A DNA stretch of 64,000 nucleotides from the human T2T-CHM13v2.0 reference genome, Homo sapiens. The notes below the pieces were generated by a model, which was given only the letters and a program-made list of their open reading frames with translations, had not been told where the DNA came from and did no database searches. Positions 16,169 through 38,166 of this stretch are shown here, piece after piece (the stretch's first letter is position 1; every line of letters begins with the position of its first letter). A program made the position numbers and the translations under genes. The stretch lies in NCBI RefSeq assembly GCF_009914755.1, contig NC_060925.1; one strand, 5' to 3'.

Positions 16169-16330
16169 ACTACCAGAGTTTTATAGATAAAATCCTGTCT
16201 GTACATTTTTCCAATTTCCAAGATAAATATCATTTTATTATGAACTCACAGCATCACAGAATGTATAATTACTGTTGACATCTGAAAAGTTTCCAACAGG
16301 AATGAAAAGCTTCATTAATAATAAAGATCT

Positions 16331-22390
<6,060 letters not shown>

Positions 22391-24467
22391 GAGAGAGAAA
22401 TAAGAATCAGTCATTAAAGGCATATTTAAGGAAGACTACTAATATGGCAACACTTCATAGAACAGATTGCAGTAGGGAGGATCTGCAAACAGATATAATC
22501 AACTAAGACACAGCTCTAGAGAGGAGCTGCCCCTGGCTGATACCATCGGTCCTCTAGAGAGGAGCTGCAGGAACTGACCGATACTATCAGGTAGGCAGGT
22601 GTTGCTCCAAGCTGGCCAGGCCCTCACAGGGAGGCACTGGTGTCCTTCTGTTGAACATACACAATTTCACAGAACATGGACCTCAGACAAGGCCACTCTG
22701 TGACCGTGATGGATCAAAACGAAAACAAGACCACTCTGTAATCATGTCTGAACGCAACTCTGTTCAACTACCGATGTGCTCCCTGGCTGGACGGCAGGAA
22801 CTAAAGCTAGAGCCTGTTCTAGGATGGTGGCAGTAGGAATAGAAGAAAGAAAGCAATATAAGTGACATTTCCAAGTAAGAATAAAAAAAACTGTTAGTAG
22901 GCAATTCAAGAGAAAAAGTTGAGACTCATACATCGCTTGAGTGGATAGCATCCAACTGAAATATTATAAATCTAATCTATAATATTTAAAATCTATATTT
23001 TTATTTAATCTAGTTAAATTAGTCCATGTTTTTCAGACTGAATAAAAGATGATGACAGAAAAATATTTAGTAGGTAATTAGAGATTAAAAAATAATGATG
23101 CCTGCGTCCCACCTCCAAAGGCTCTGATTCGATCAGTACTGAGTGTAGCCTAGGCATCAGGATTTTTCCAAGCTCCCCAGGTGATTCCAGTGTGCAGCTA
23201 AAGCTAAGAACCGGTATCTCAGAGAACGCCGATGGCTCCTGACTAGGAGGAAAAAGGACAAACGATGGATAGGGTAGAAAGGGACCCAAGAAAGTACTGG
23301 GGCAAAAAGGTAAGCGAGAAACAAAAAATGGCTGAAAGACTAGACAGACGATTCCCAGACACAGCAAGAGTCATTTAAATGATGAAAGAGTCACTATTTA
23401 ACAAACGATAGAAACCAGGCAAGAAGGTTAACACAGGTTTAGATGACTAGGAAACATGACCAACAAGTAAGGCCACTACTCTGCATTAGCAAAATCTTCA
23501 GCTAGGAGACTTTCAATCTATGATCCTCTGAGGATGCCTGGATAACAACTACATGTACCACTACAAATAGATGTTAACTGTGTACAGCCTGTTTCTAAAT
23601 ATAGAGGTGGATTCCTCCAGCCCTTTTCCTTCCTAGTGTTCCCACACTGCCACCTCGTGGGTCAGCACTGCAAGGAGCCGGTTTGAACTGGAAGGGATTT
23701 CTAACTGGCCCTGTAAATTCACAAGGCAGGTACATGGTAAAGCCTCAATTCAAGGGTTTAATCCTTATGTTTTCCTCTGTTTAATTACAGTGGAAGACAG
23801 CCTTAAGGTACATTGTTTCTTTTGTGGGTGATAAGAATTTTCTAAAGTTGATTATGGTGATATTAGTATGTACTTAATGCCACCGAAGGGTACACTTAAA
23901 TAAATAAAAGGGTAAAGTTAATGTTACTTTATATCACTTTAAATAGGCAAATGGTATGGTATATGAGTTATATCTCAATAAAGCTGTTACAAAAAAAGGA
24001 GGAGGTGGCCAGGCACATTGGTCTGTAGTCCTAGCTACTGGGGGGGAGGAGAGGGGGGCTGAGGTAGGAGGATCACTTGAGGCCAGGAGTTTGAGGCCAG
24101 CCTGGACAACATAGTGAGACCTTGTCTCTCTGAAAAAATAAATAAATAAAAAGAAAGAGGAGTAGGAGGAGGCAGCTGTAGCAAATACATAAATGGTTTC
24201 TAAAACTGCAGAAAACTTAAAAAGGATGTCAGAAATCACTCAATACCTTCATTTCAAAAAGGCAAAACTGAGACTCAGATTAACTTACTTACCCTACTTA
24301 CCCAGGCAGTAAAAACTAGGCCAAAAAGGGGCACTATTAACCCATTTATGGAGGTCTTCTATGGTCTCCCAATCCTGAGAAGCTTTTTCTCTTAAGCTTG
24401 ATCCTCAGCAATGCTATCTTTTGCTGCCTAACTTACTACTGGGAGATCACACTCACACCAATGACTT

Positions 24468-24722
24468 CACAGAGCAGTAGTATCACCACTATTCCAATAG
24501 TTCAAAACCCAGCACTCACCCTTCACCACAGAGCACTACTGTCACCACTATTCCAATAGTTCCAGCTCAAAACCCAGCACTCACCCTTCACCACAGAGCA
24601 GTACTGTCACCACTATTCCAATAGTTCCAGCTCAAAACCCAGCACTCACCCTTCACCACAGAGCAGTACTGTCACCACTATTCCAATAGTTCTAGCTCAA
24701 AACCCAGCACTCACCCTTCACT
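24468..24722. repeat. ~65-bp tandem repeat, ~4 copies
   Basis: ctattccaatag at 24489, 24548, 24613, 24678. Confidence 0.9.
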
Positions 24723-25991
24723 GCTTCCTTGCCCTTTAATCGGTCAACAACGTGGGTGAACTCCTCAACATGTTTGGTTCCAGGCCCTCTACCAGTCCCC
24801 TAGCTCAGGCCTTCATCACTTCACATCTAGAATAACGCACATTTTCTCCTAACTGGAATCCTCATCTCCAGTCTTTCCACTTCTCTCCCTCATCACAAAA
24901 TTCACCCAAATCAGGACTCCTACACAAATCTTCCATGTGCACCTCATACTGCAGCCCAAAAATCTCTATGGGCTCCTCAAGAGTTGTACCTAGAAAATAA
25001 AGTTCAAAATCTCTTAACCTCAGCAAGGCCTTCTGTATCACAGACGCTATCCCAACTTATAATCTATCATCTATACAAACAGCACTTCGCTGCAGTCATA
25101 ATGGTCTACTAAACAATGTATGCACATTTCCCAATTAGTTATTCCTCCATAGTTGTTATCTCTACCACTTATTTCACTGGTATCATGACTTTTTTTTTAT
25201 TCCTTTCCCAAAGGTTCTCAACTCTGGCTATGCATTAGCATTACCTGTGAAGCTTTAAACAATTATGGGACCCTTAAGGATGTTGCTCAGACATCTGGAT
25301 ATTTTTAAATTCCACAGGTAAATGTGTAAAATACCAATGATTCATAGATTTTAAGTAAGTCTTTTTGTAAGATGCTTAAGTTTTCACCACTAAAACTGAG
25401 CATCCAATATTAGAGTCAAAAACTCAAAAATTAAACTGCCCAGAGAAACTGTTACCTACTACCCAAGGTTTCTTGATCATTGGTACAACATAAATCTTTC
25501 CAATTAACATCTACTTTCTAACAAGACGTAAACACAGCAGCTAAAAAATGCTAACAAGGATTAAATTTTTATATACTCAAATTCATTTGTGAGAAACATC
25601 TATCATAACCATGCCAATTAAAAATTCAACATAATTCCTGTTTGTCCTACCTATGACAATTATTTAAATGTAAACAGAACATGCTAATGTCAATGTCCAG
25701 TTTAAAACTGAACATGCAGAATTATTTATAGATATTATAAGCAGTTGGACTAATCCCAGCTGTGGCAATTTTACCTTAGCCCTTGGATATAAAGGCACAG
25801 AGAAGCAGGGAGTCAGTGAAGATGGAAAAGAAAGATAGGAGCTGTCAACCCAGACTGCTCTATAATAATCTGGGGAGTATTAAAAATGTCTATGCTCTGC
25901 CGGGCGCGGTGGCTCACGCCTGTAATCCCAGCACTTTGGGAGGCCAAGGCGGGTGGATCACGAGGTCAGGAGATCGAGACCATCCTGGCTA

Positions 25992-26276
<285 letters not shown>

Positions 26277-26671
26277 TTAAATCTCCCCGAGTGCTTTCAA
26301 TGTGTAGCCAATGTTGAGAACCAACGAGTTACAAGGGAATTTCTCAAAGGAAATCTAAAGATGAGAGCTGTTCAAAGACAAACACAAAGAGGGAAAAAGT
26401 CCCAAGAACTAGTTAGTTACTTCAGAAGTAAGTTGCTTTCTCTTATCAGTTTATGAACAATTTTTACATATTACAAATATACACTTTTTGGCCATGCGAG
26501 TGACTCACACCTGTAATCCCAGCACTTTGGGAGGCCAAGGCAGGGGGATCACTTGAGCTCAGGAGATCAAGACCAGCCTGAGTAAATGGCAAAACCCCAT
26601 CTCTACCAAAAATACCAAATAAAAAAAAAAAATTAGCCAGGGGTGGTGGCACGCATCTGTGGTCCCAGCTA

Positions 26672-26785
<114 letters not shown>

Positions 26786-26834
26786 TCACCTCAAAAAATA
26801 ATAATAATAATAATAATATTCCTTTTTATGTTGA

Positions 26835-27044
<210 letters not shown>

Positions 27045-28729
27045 TAGTAGAGATGGGATTTCACCATGTTGGCCAGGATGGTCTCTATCTCTTGACCTCG
27101 TGATCTGCCCGTCTCAGCCTCCCAAGGCGCTGGGATTACAGGCGTGAGCCACCACGCCTGGCCAGTTTCTTGATTTTTTTCATTATAAGATGGTTCATTA
27201 ACATAAGGATGTTTTTAACTTTTATATATTCAAATCTGCCCAGTCTATCAATCTATCTTATCCCCTTGTGGTTGCTCTTATTTATTTTTGCTGCAAATGC
27301 TATAAGAACAACAAAAAGAGGACTTGCTTACATTATAATTCTCAACCCAAGTAATGAATTTTAAAAATCAGTATTGGCCAGATGCGGTAGCTCATGCCTG
27401 TAGTCCCAGCACTTTGGGAGGCCGATGCAGGTGAATTGCTTGAGCCCAGGAGTTCAAGACCAGGCTGGGCAACATGGTGAAACCCCATCTCTACAAAAAA
27501 TATAAAAATTAGCCGGGCATGGTGGTGCATGCCTGTGGTCCCAGCTACTCAAGGCTGAGGTAGGAGGATGACTTCAGCCAGGAGGTTGAGGCTGCAGTGA
27601 GCCAGGAGCACACCACTGCACTCCAGCCTGGGTGACAGAGTGAGACTCTGTCTCAAACAAACAAACAAAAAGATCAATATTAGCCTACTGTTATAAATGC
27701 TTTTAAATGTTTAAAACTAAACATGAATAGGCCGTGTATAAAACAGTAAACTGGCAACAAGTAAACTTTAAAAAGGAAACATTCTTGATTGTACTATATT
27801 TAAACAACTAGTAATGGCTCTGTCCATTTTCACTTTTCAAATAGTAGAACGAGATATAAAACACAAGGTTATCCCACAAGTGGCCTTTATTTTTTCTATA
27901 CTAACAAGTAATTATTATGTCAAAAACTAGGGGAAAAACTCATTTACACAGAATCTTCTTGTAGTAATAAACTGTAAGGAGATCAACAAGCATAATTTTC
28001 CCTCCAGATCATACCAACTCCAAGTAAAACTACTAGTTTCAAACATAGGTTTCGACTCTTATTGTGAAAAACATGGTCATCATCAATAAGCCACTATACC
28101 ATGTAAATTTCATTAGTGAGTTTTATATAGATATTTATGACAAAATTTAACTTGTTTGCCCTTTTTTGGTCTAATTCAAAATAAGAGTTAATGGCAAATG
28201 TCAGAGGCTAAGAACAGTTTGGAAAGGGGGTTCATGAAGGAGACCACTCAGAGACAGTGTTTTAGTGGCTAAAAAATAAGTTGCCTTTCTGAAAAATATT
28301 TGTATGCTTTTTACTCCATTGTCCACCAGAGGGAGCATCACATCTGATTAAGAGATAATGGGGAACTCCCAGATAGAAATGGAAAATCATCTGAAACTTG
28401 ATCTACGAGGTGCTACAGATGGTAGCATATACAGTTAAATGTAAAATCAAATCAGAGAACCCCCAAAAGAATCTCAAAGTGAGTGGGAGGACAGCCTCCT
28501 AGGGAGATCTCATCTCTAAAAAAAAATTTTCTTTTAATTAGCTGGGTATGATGTTGCACGCCTGTGGTCTCAGCTGCTCAGAAAATTCTGGAGGCTGAGG
28601 AGGGAGGATCACTTGAGCCCAGGAATTCAAGGCTGCAGTGACCTATGATCAAACCACTGCATTACAGCCTGGGTAACACAGGGAGACCCCAGTCTCTAGA
28701 GGAAAAAAAAAAAGAAAAGGAAAAAACAA

Positions 28730-29270
28730 GAAAAATGAGCAAAAGATAAATACAGACAAATCATAAAAAGATATAAATATGGCCTTTAAACACATGAAAA
28801 GATGTTTAACTTCACCCATAATGCAATTTAAATGCAAATTAAAACTATACTAAGATCCCACTTCTCACCCATAAGCTTAGCAAAAATTCAAAAGTTCAGG
28901 CTGCAAAGCTAAGGGAAACAAGTACTCACATACATCATTAGTGGGAATGCAAAATGGTACAACCCCACATAGGTATTTACACCTTGACCCAGAAATCCCA
29001 TTTTGAGGAATCTACCCTGAAGATACACCAGCAACAATATAAAAATACACACATGCAAGGTTATTCATTAGAGCAATATGCACAATTGCAAAATACTGGA
29101 AATTGCCTAAATATCCACACATAGGAAATTAGAAAGTACAGTGGATACATAAAATTGAGCATTATGGAGCTATAACGAATAAGGAAGATCTCCATGAACT
29201 GATAATGGAGTGATTTCCAGTAGACACAAAGATAATGAAGCAAGTGCAAAACTAAGAATGGAAAATAAGA
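28730..29270 (+). mobile_element. Old L1M ORF2 3' relic
   Basis: acatgaaaagatg, aaatgcaaattaaaacta, gacccag.aatccca motifs of L1 ORF2 end. Confidence 0.7.
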
Positions 29271-29352
29271 ACACACATATAGGCCGGGCACAGTGGCTCA
29301 CGCCTGTAATCCCAGCACTTTGGGAGGCCGAGGCGGGTGGATCACGAGGTCA

Positions 29353-29598
<246 letters not shown>

Positions 29599-29976
29599 TT
29601 ATCTTAAAAAGAAAAAATATAAGATGAACCAGACGCTACGGTCTGAATGCTTATACCCCCCAGGCTGGAGTCCAGTGGCACGATCATGGCTCACTGCAGC
29701 CTTGACCTCCTAGGCTCAAGTGATCCTCCCACCTCAGCCTCCCAAGTAACTGTGATTACAAGGGTGCACACCATCCCACCCAGATAATTTTTTGTTTTTT
29801 TTTTTAACAAGATGAAGTTTCCCTATGTTGCCCAAGGTGGTTGTGAGCTCCTGGCCTCAAATGATCCTCCCACCTCGTCCTAACAAAGCACTGGGATTAC
29901 AGGTGTAAGCCACCACTTGATTAAGCCAGACTTTAGAGAGACATGAAAAAAATGTAAAGCAATGCAATTCTCATTA

Positions 29977-30126
<150 letters not shown>

Positions 30127-30150
30127 CTATCTCAAAAAAAGAAAATATAG

Positions 30151-30584
<434 letters not shown>

Positions 30585-33500
30585 TAAATTTATGTTTAAA
30601 TAGGTATTTTCAAAACTTAGTTTTAATTTTTATGCAATAAATATAAATAGATAAAACCCACATAAACAAAACATCATCAGCACTCTCAATAACGTTTTTT
30701 AAATCCCTATCAAATCCATTTTGATAATTTGTAAAAGGATAAAGGGGTCCTGAGACTAAAAGGTCTGAGAACCACTGGTCTATAACACCAGCTGCCTTAA
30801 ATGCCAGAGTATGTTAAGAGCAGGGGCTGGGGCTGGGGACTGTATCGCTTCTGTTGCCTGATAATGCTGGATTCTGCACTACCATCACCACAGACACTGG
30901 GCCCTGCTGCTGCTGCTGCTCCTTGGGAAACTGGTTGTTGCTGGAGAGTGATTCTCTCAACCATTCTTCTTTGTGATACTGGCTTTTATTCAAAGTCCTC
31001 AGAGAGCATCTTAGATTGACCGAACTTAGGTCACTGCCCGCACCCTAGCTGCAAGGGAGGTTGAGAAGGTATTTAGCCTTTTTGGCTTTTTCGATAGAAG
31101 GCAGACTTGGTCTACATCCCACCAATAGTCTTCCAATGAGGAAATCGGCAAACATAAACAGTCAAAACCACAAGCATTAGCCCATTGCTCTAATTCTTTC
31201 TGGGAAGGTCAGAGGCAACCTTGTGGGGAATATCACAGCTCTATCAAAGATTCTCAGTGGATCTTAGAGATGGTGGTATTACACACAGGGAAGACAAATC
31301 CAAGTACAGGAAAAAAATTGATATTCCAACTGACTCCTCCATGACAAAAAGTTCTACCATAATAACCCGACACAAGGTGGCTGGCTGGTCCTGAAGATGT
31401 GTTGCCATTTGGGGAATCAGGACCAGTTACTACTGGCAGCAAACTGGGCACTCTGTACCAGCAGAAGCCACATGGCTATCATGAGGGGAAGTCTGTATTG
31501 TTGAGTTCCAGGCACCAGCCTCTATCCCCGTCCCCATGGTTGCTCTGTTCTTGAGCCTTTTGAGCAAGCACCAGGCTGTCTGAAGAACAACTTACTGCTA
31601 TCCACAAAGCAGGTCATCCTGTCTGATTAAGAACGCCCTCTGCTGTGGCATTCACATGGACCAAATGTTTTCACCAGGGCTCAGCCATAAAGCCCTTTCC
31701 CAAACCTCGTTACAGAAGAAAAGGAAGCAGTAGAAGAAACAGGAATTATGACTCCCACTTAAAAAGAAAAATGTAGTCACATCCATAAAGTCCTTTCCCA
31801 AACCACATTATTATCAATTCTTCCACCTTATTTCAAATCCTAGACCCATTAGCCACTGCCCAGGAAGTTGCAAATCCTACTTCAAGCCATCGTTCAAGGT
31901 TCTGCTCTTTGAAATGATTTTGCTAGTTGCTTGACCTTCAGGGCCTCCAAGGAAGAGTCTGTAACACTGCAGCAATTCACTTACGCCTGGTGCTAACCAT
32001 ATTTTACAAAATCAGCCGTAAACCCAGTAACGTCTTTTTACATTATTTTCACAGAGGTAAGTGCTTCCTTGTCTCCACTAGCCTCTTCTACTCTACTGAC
32101 CCTTAAACCTTGGGTTATTTTAGCCAATGTGAGAATTCTGCCTTTGCTGAAACTATTCATGCCAATGTCTAACATTCTTAGTAACTTCATTATTTAGATA
32201 ATTCAACTAACCTCAGCCTTTGGGTTTCCTGACCAAAAATCTTTTCTTACTCCCTACCTTGGCCACATTCTGCCACACCCCGTACCTGTTGTATCAAGAC
32301 ACACACTACTTCTAAGCATGTACATATCAAGTCAACCCATTATCTGACCACTCACCATTTCTCTGACCACATGAGGACCTCTAATCCATTGATTCGGCCA
32401 CATTTCACTGGCCATCACCTTCCTTACGACCTCATTCCCTACCTGAGAAACCATGATCCACAATTACACCCTCCCTTGCCTACAACTTCAACTTCCCGTC
32501 CCCTCTCTCCGTCCATCATGCTAACCTAGCAATCCTAGGTAAATCCAGTTCTCATAGCCAAGCAGCTGGCAATTGGGAGAGAAAGGAAACATGACCCAAC
32601 TAACTGTCCCCACTTTAAATAAACAAACACAAGTTTTAAGTAGACCCTCAGCACTTTTCAACAATCCTACATTTCACGAGGCAATTTATGCTTCTCTCCT
32701 AGAAGACTATTTCCAATCTCTCCTAAGGCTGAGTCACTTAGCAACCACTTCCCTAGCGGTCCTTAAACTTTTCAATCACCACTGCTGTTGCCTTTTCTGG
32801 CACCTCTTCTTCTTACCCTCATATATGAAGATGTTCCCTTCCATCTCCACCCCAGGTTCAGTCCTTGGCCAAGAGACATTCCATCATCTCACCAAACACA
32901 GTGAGTTATTACCCTTTATTGCCTGGTCACATTTACTCACACTGCAACTCAAATGCAGCTGCCTTTTTTTTTTTCTTTTTTTTTGAGACAGGGTCTCACT
33001 CTGTCACCCAGGCTGGAGTGCAGTGGCGTGATCACCACTCACTGCAACCTCCACCTCCTGGGCTCAATTGATTCTCCCACCTCAGCCTTCTGAGTAGCTG
33101 GGACTACAGGCATGCACCCAGGTAATTATTTGTATTTTTAGTAGAGACAGGGTTTTGCCATGTCGCACAGGCTCATCTTGAACTTATGGGCTCAAGCGAT
33201 CCACCTGCCTCGACCTCCCAAAGTGCTGGGACTACAGGCATGAGCCACCATGCCCAGCCTGCTTTATCTTCTATAACTCATCTAATCTGTCTCCTGAATA
33301 TGCGCCATTTTTTCTATAATTAATCTAATATTCCTCATGAATATCTACTCTAATAAATATCCAGGAAATTTAAAACTTGTCAAACAATATCTCAATCTCT
33401 TCCAGTTAATACTCAGACTTTGTTTAACTCCTTACCCGGGCTGGTTTAAATGGCTGCTTTCGGGTAGATTTCCCTCCAAGGTCTTATCGGACATCCTAGA

Positions 33501-34462
33501 AGAAATAGTGGCAAGAAGACCTTGGATCTGTGTTGTTTCTCTGGATCCTCACTGGTCTCTGCTGCAAGGAGGTAATCAGGTCCTATGGCTGAACTGGTCC
33601 CATCTCATCTTTTAGGATGTCATGCTGGCTCTCATCCCTGGAGTCTGTGATCCTGACATTCAGTCTATAGTCACACAGTCTTTTGTCATGACGCCAGCTG
33701 TTCCACCAGGCCAATAAGCTCCTCCACCTCCTTCACAGTGGTATGAGAGCATTTCAGAATCCCCTGGTACCACAAACTCAACTATCTAGCCACTTCCTTC
33801 TACCACTGCTGTGCTATAGGCCCGTGTTGGCCTATCACTAACCTGCATAACATCTCCTCTCAAGATTCCACATAAGGAGCAGAGCAAAAGGCCTTCTACT
33901 GCTGACCGTCCCCTCAACCCATTTAACATCCCCACCCTAACCCTAGAACTTTAGCCAGCCAAGAAAGATCAGAACACATATTTCTCACAATCTGTTTTCC
34001 CTACCTCTGTCCCCCCGCTTCCCACAATCCACCAGGACTGAAAGGGATGACACGTCTACTTCCAAGTCATCCTCCTTCCTCCTGGGAGGCACTAAGCCTC
34101 ATTCTCAGCCTTAATGCCAGATGAGCTATTCTCTTTACCCTACAGAAGAAACTATCATTAGAGTTTGCCAGAAGTAACTCTTGATATGGAAGCTGCAGGC
34201 AACTTGGAACTTGAGAAAACCAAAGACAAACATACAGCGACTTCAAGTTCCCCAAAATATTAATCCTTGAATGATTAACATCTCCCATGTGGTAGGCCCT
34301 GGGGATATAAAAAAGATTAGACTTAGAGCACTACACTAGGGAGTGAGAAGGTTTACAAATACAATCATAACAATGGAATTTTATGTGCTGCACTCACCAA
34401 AGCAAACAGGAAATACACATAACTCATACCCAATTGTCAACCAACCTGTTCCACCTCCATCA

Positions 34463-34780
<318 letters not shown>

Positions 34781-35059
34781 TTAAAAAAAAAAAAAAAAAA
34801 AGTGATTTCGGTTATAATTTCATTGCCATTTACTCTTTCTACAACTTACATACTTCATTTTCTTTTCCAGGCACAACACGGAAAAACCAGAAGCCATTCC
34901 TTAATGAGAGGAAAAAGGTAAGATATGCCATGAAGCAGGTTCACCTTTCTCCATTAACAAAAACAAGTATACAGAACTAAAGCTACTAATCAAAACAGCT
35001 CTAGAGCAAAGGAAATCATGTAAAACTTGGTAACCATTGTTTCTGGAGCCTAAGGAAGT

Positions 35060-35398
35060 AGAGATGTGCATCCCTTAAGGACATCATGAGGTGATTTCAT
35101 TGTTGTAGGAACATCATGGTGTATCCTCGCACAAACCCAGACTGTACATACAGCCTGCTACACACCTAGGCTAGCAGGTATTGTCTGTACTGCCTACTGC
35201 TCTGAGGCTATAAACCTGCACCGCGTGTTACTGTACTGAATACTGTAGGTAACTGTAAAACAATGGTAAGTATTTGTGTATCTAAATGTACCTAAACACA
35301 GAAAAAGTACAGTTAAAAAATGATATAATCATACAGGGCCACTGTCATGTATCTGGTCTTTCACTGACCAAAATGTCGTTATGCAGTGCATGACTGTA
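35060..35398. mobile_element. Tigger3a/MER7-like DNA transposon relic
   Basis: ctacacacctaggcta, ctgtactgaatactgtagg, end aaatgtcgttatgcagtgcatgactgta. Confidence 0.75.
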
Positions 35399-37878
35399 AT
35401 TATCATCAGTATCTGTTTTTTTAATTCTATTTTGATTTTTCCTTTCCCATGTAACTGTTAATTGCTACAAACTAACATTTTCATTCCATACTTAATTCAG
35501 ATGGAAGGCAGCAGAAGGACAGGGACAGTTAGGAGGAAAATTCTGCCAGACATTCATACTAAAACTAAGGGCTTACTATGTGTTAGACACTGGGGCTACA
35601 AAAACTGAAAGATGCACTATTCTTAAAGACTTCACAATGGACAGTGAATAAAGAGAAACAAATTTTACTTACAAGATGACAAGTAATACAGAAACTTATC
35701 CCTCAAGGACAGGCATTCAACAGTGGCAGAAAACTGCATCAAACAATGCACTAACATTTCCCTAACACTACTTTCAGGTTGCAGTGATTCCCAACCAGGC
35801 TCTTTGGAACACTATAACCACTAAAATGGGAGTGTTCAAACAGAGCAACTACTACCACAACACAAGTGAACTGTGTATCCTGGCAATCCAAAGTAAGTGC
35901 AAATATTTTGTGTCTGTGTAAAATACTAGTAAGTATTTGTCAGTCATTATGAAGAATCTGTTTAGCTTGTTTTGTTTAGATGCTTAGCATTTACTTATAT
36001 CCCTTTTTCTATGTTTATGTTTGCTGATTTCCCCACTGGATAACTATCGGTGGGAAGTAGAGTAAGCCTGCCTTCTATCTTAAAAGCCAAAAAGGCTAAA
36101 TACCGTCTCAACCTCCCTCGCAGCTAGGGGTGCAGGCAGTGACCTAAGTTTAGCCAATCCAAGACACTCACTGAGGACTTTGAATAAAAGCCAGTATCAC
36201 AAAGAAGAATGGTTGAGAGAATCACTCTCCAGCAACAGTGAGTTTCCTAAGGAGCAGCAGCAACAGCAGCACCAGGGTCCAGTGTCTATGGTGTTCGTGG
36301 TACCTACTGCAGAATCCAATATTATCAGGCGACAGAAGTGATATACACCCCAGATCCCAGCCCCAGCTACTTTTGCAGTGCAATCCTAACTTGGTTTCAG
36401 CCGATGCCCAGTCAAGTCTTGGCAGACTTTAAAGCAACACTGAGAACTCCCCCAAAACTCTTTCATTAAATTCCTTTTTTGCTTAAATCCCCACAGTTAC
36501 TGCAAACAGGAAAAATGAATGAGACTAATGAAATAGTATGGTAAATCAACAAGCATCCCACCCACAAAGGGTTTGTGTAGCTTATTTTGGAAATGCACAA
36601 TTCCGTGTGTCACAAGACTCAACTTCAGCTCTAATGATTCAATTGCCAATTTGTCACCATTTATTCATTCCAAAACTTTTCTGTTCCAAGAACTATCTTG
36701 AAAGGAACGAATTGTTTTCAACCACACAGTTTACAAAAACTTCAAGATGCTGCTCTCTCCCGAACAGATGTTTTCGCTGTTATCATTACTTCAGAAAGCA
36801 ACAGACAAAATTATTATTTGGTAGCTCTAAAATGCAAAGTCATATTCCTGAATTATGAATCAAATGAGAACAAAGTAAGAACAATGGTCAAATTACAGAT
36901 ACGAGTTTTGCACTTACCGTCCCACCTCCACCCACCTAAATCTCAGACTGGCAGGTCTGAAAAGCGGCCATGCACAAAATCATCGCACTCATCTCAAAAT
37001 AGAACTCTTCTTCCTCGCACACAGAAGCTCAATAATATTTGTTGACTGAATGCAGTTCCTATTATTCATGTATGTTACACATTTCCATAAATTGCTTTCA
37101 CATAGCACTTTACACCGGCACAGCGCGTCCAGGCTTCCAAAACACCTTCACGTGAATCCCTGCATCTAGAATGGTGGTTAAGAGTTAGACATGCCTGCAC
37201 AGCCATTAAATGGCACAGCACACGGGGGACCCGTGTCTGATGCTCCCACAGCACATTAATTGCCCCTCTATTTCAGCCCTTCTGGTACACTGTAATTCTC
37301 TCTCTCACTTGATCAGCTCTTTGAGGAGGTCCCGTTCCTCTTCGTATCCCCAGGCCACACACAACCCAGACCACAGAGGTGCACCGTAGACATCAAGATT
37401 CTTCCACCTGCTGCAAGCCTGATGCTTTACCGGCGGGGCCTCTGCAGGGGAGCCTGATTTATACTCATCCCAGCTCCCACCCAGCCCCACGCCCGCCACG
37501 TGTGATTTCCACAGCCGCACCAAGGAAGACTGTCCAGCACACAGACTTTTCGTTTCCCAGCAAAATTATCCCCGGCACAACGCTTCCCCCTCAAGTCTGC
37601 CCAATGGCTTTCCCATTTCCACCGCAGCCCAGGTTGGGGGGCAGTGGCTGAGCCTGGGCCCCCTCCCCAGCCCCGCTGCGGCAACCTAGGGGGGTGTCCG
37701 GGCGGGGCCTGTCAGCAGCGACCCGCCCCCGGGCACACGCGCGTCAGGGGCAGCACCGCCAAGCTGCCTGTGCAGCCCCATCCAGCAGGAGTCCCGCGGC
37801 TGCCGCCCGCCCGACGCCCCCCCCCCCAGCACCCCACACAGCTCGCGACTCAGGTGGGCGAGGGCGCTCCTTACGCAC

Positions 37879-38042
37879 CCGAGAAGGCAGCGGTCGCAGA
37901 CGACGCCACGACTCCCCTTGCACACCGTGTACGCCAAGGGATCCGAGCGGAAGAGTAGCTCTCCGGGGCGCAGCGGGGTCACGGCGCGCAGCCCGTTTCC
38001 CCTGTTGGCGGTTGCGAACTTTTCCACCTTCAGCGGCTCCAT
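37879..38042 (-). CDS. SMYD3: SMYD3 lysine methyltransferase, coding exon 1 (N-terminal SET-N segment and start of MYND zinc finger); rest of the gene lies left of the window
   Basis: Minus-strand ATG at 38042 gives MEPLKVEKFATANRGNGLRAVTPLRPGELLFRSDPLAYTVCKGSRGVVCDRCLL-G, the recognisable SMYD3 N-terminus. 164 coding nt are followed by donor GG|GTGCGT at 37878. Confidence 0.97.
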
Positions 38043-38151
38043 CCTCCCGCAGCTCCGGCACCTCAGACGGCTACCCGCGTCCAGCAGCGGGCGTCTCACG
38101 GGCTGCCGGGACCCGCGCGCCTGCGCCCTGCGCGCACACGTACGCCCGAGG

Positions 38152-38166
38152 GGCGGGGCGGGGCGG
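38152..38166 (-). promoter_or_regulatory. (CCGCC)3 tandem, likely the reported E2F1-binding VNTR of the SMYD3 promoter
   Basis: ggcgg-ggcgg-ggcgg on plus, 110 bp upstream of the ATG. A 2- vs 3-unit CCGCC polymorphism is described for the SMYD3 5' flank. Confidence 0.8.

Noticed and set aside
22514-22568. Short direct repeat ctctagagaggagctgc twice
   Set aside because: Only two short copies next to an old LTR-like fragment; no further structure.
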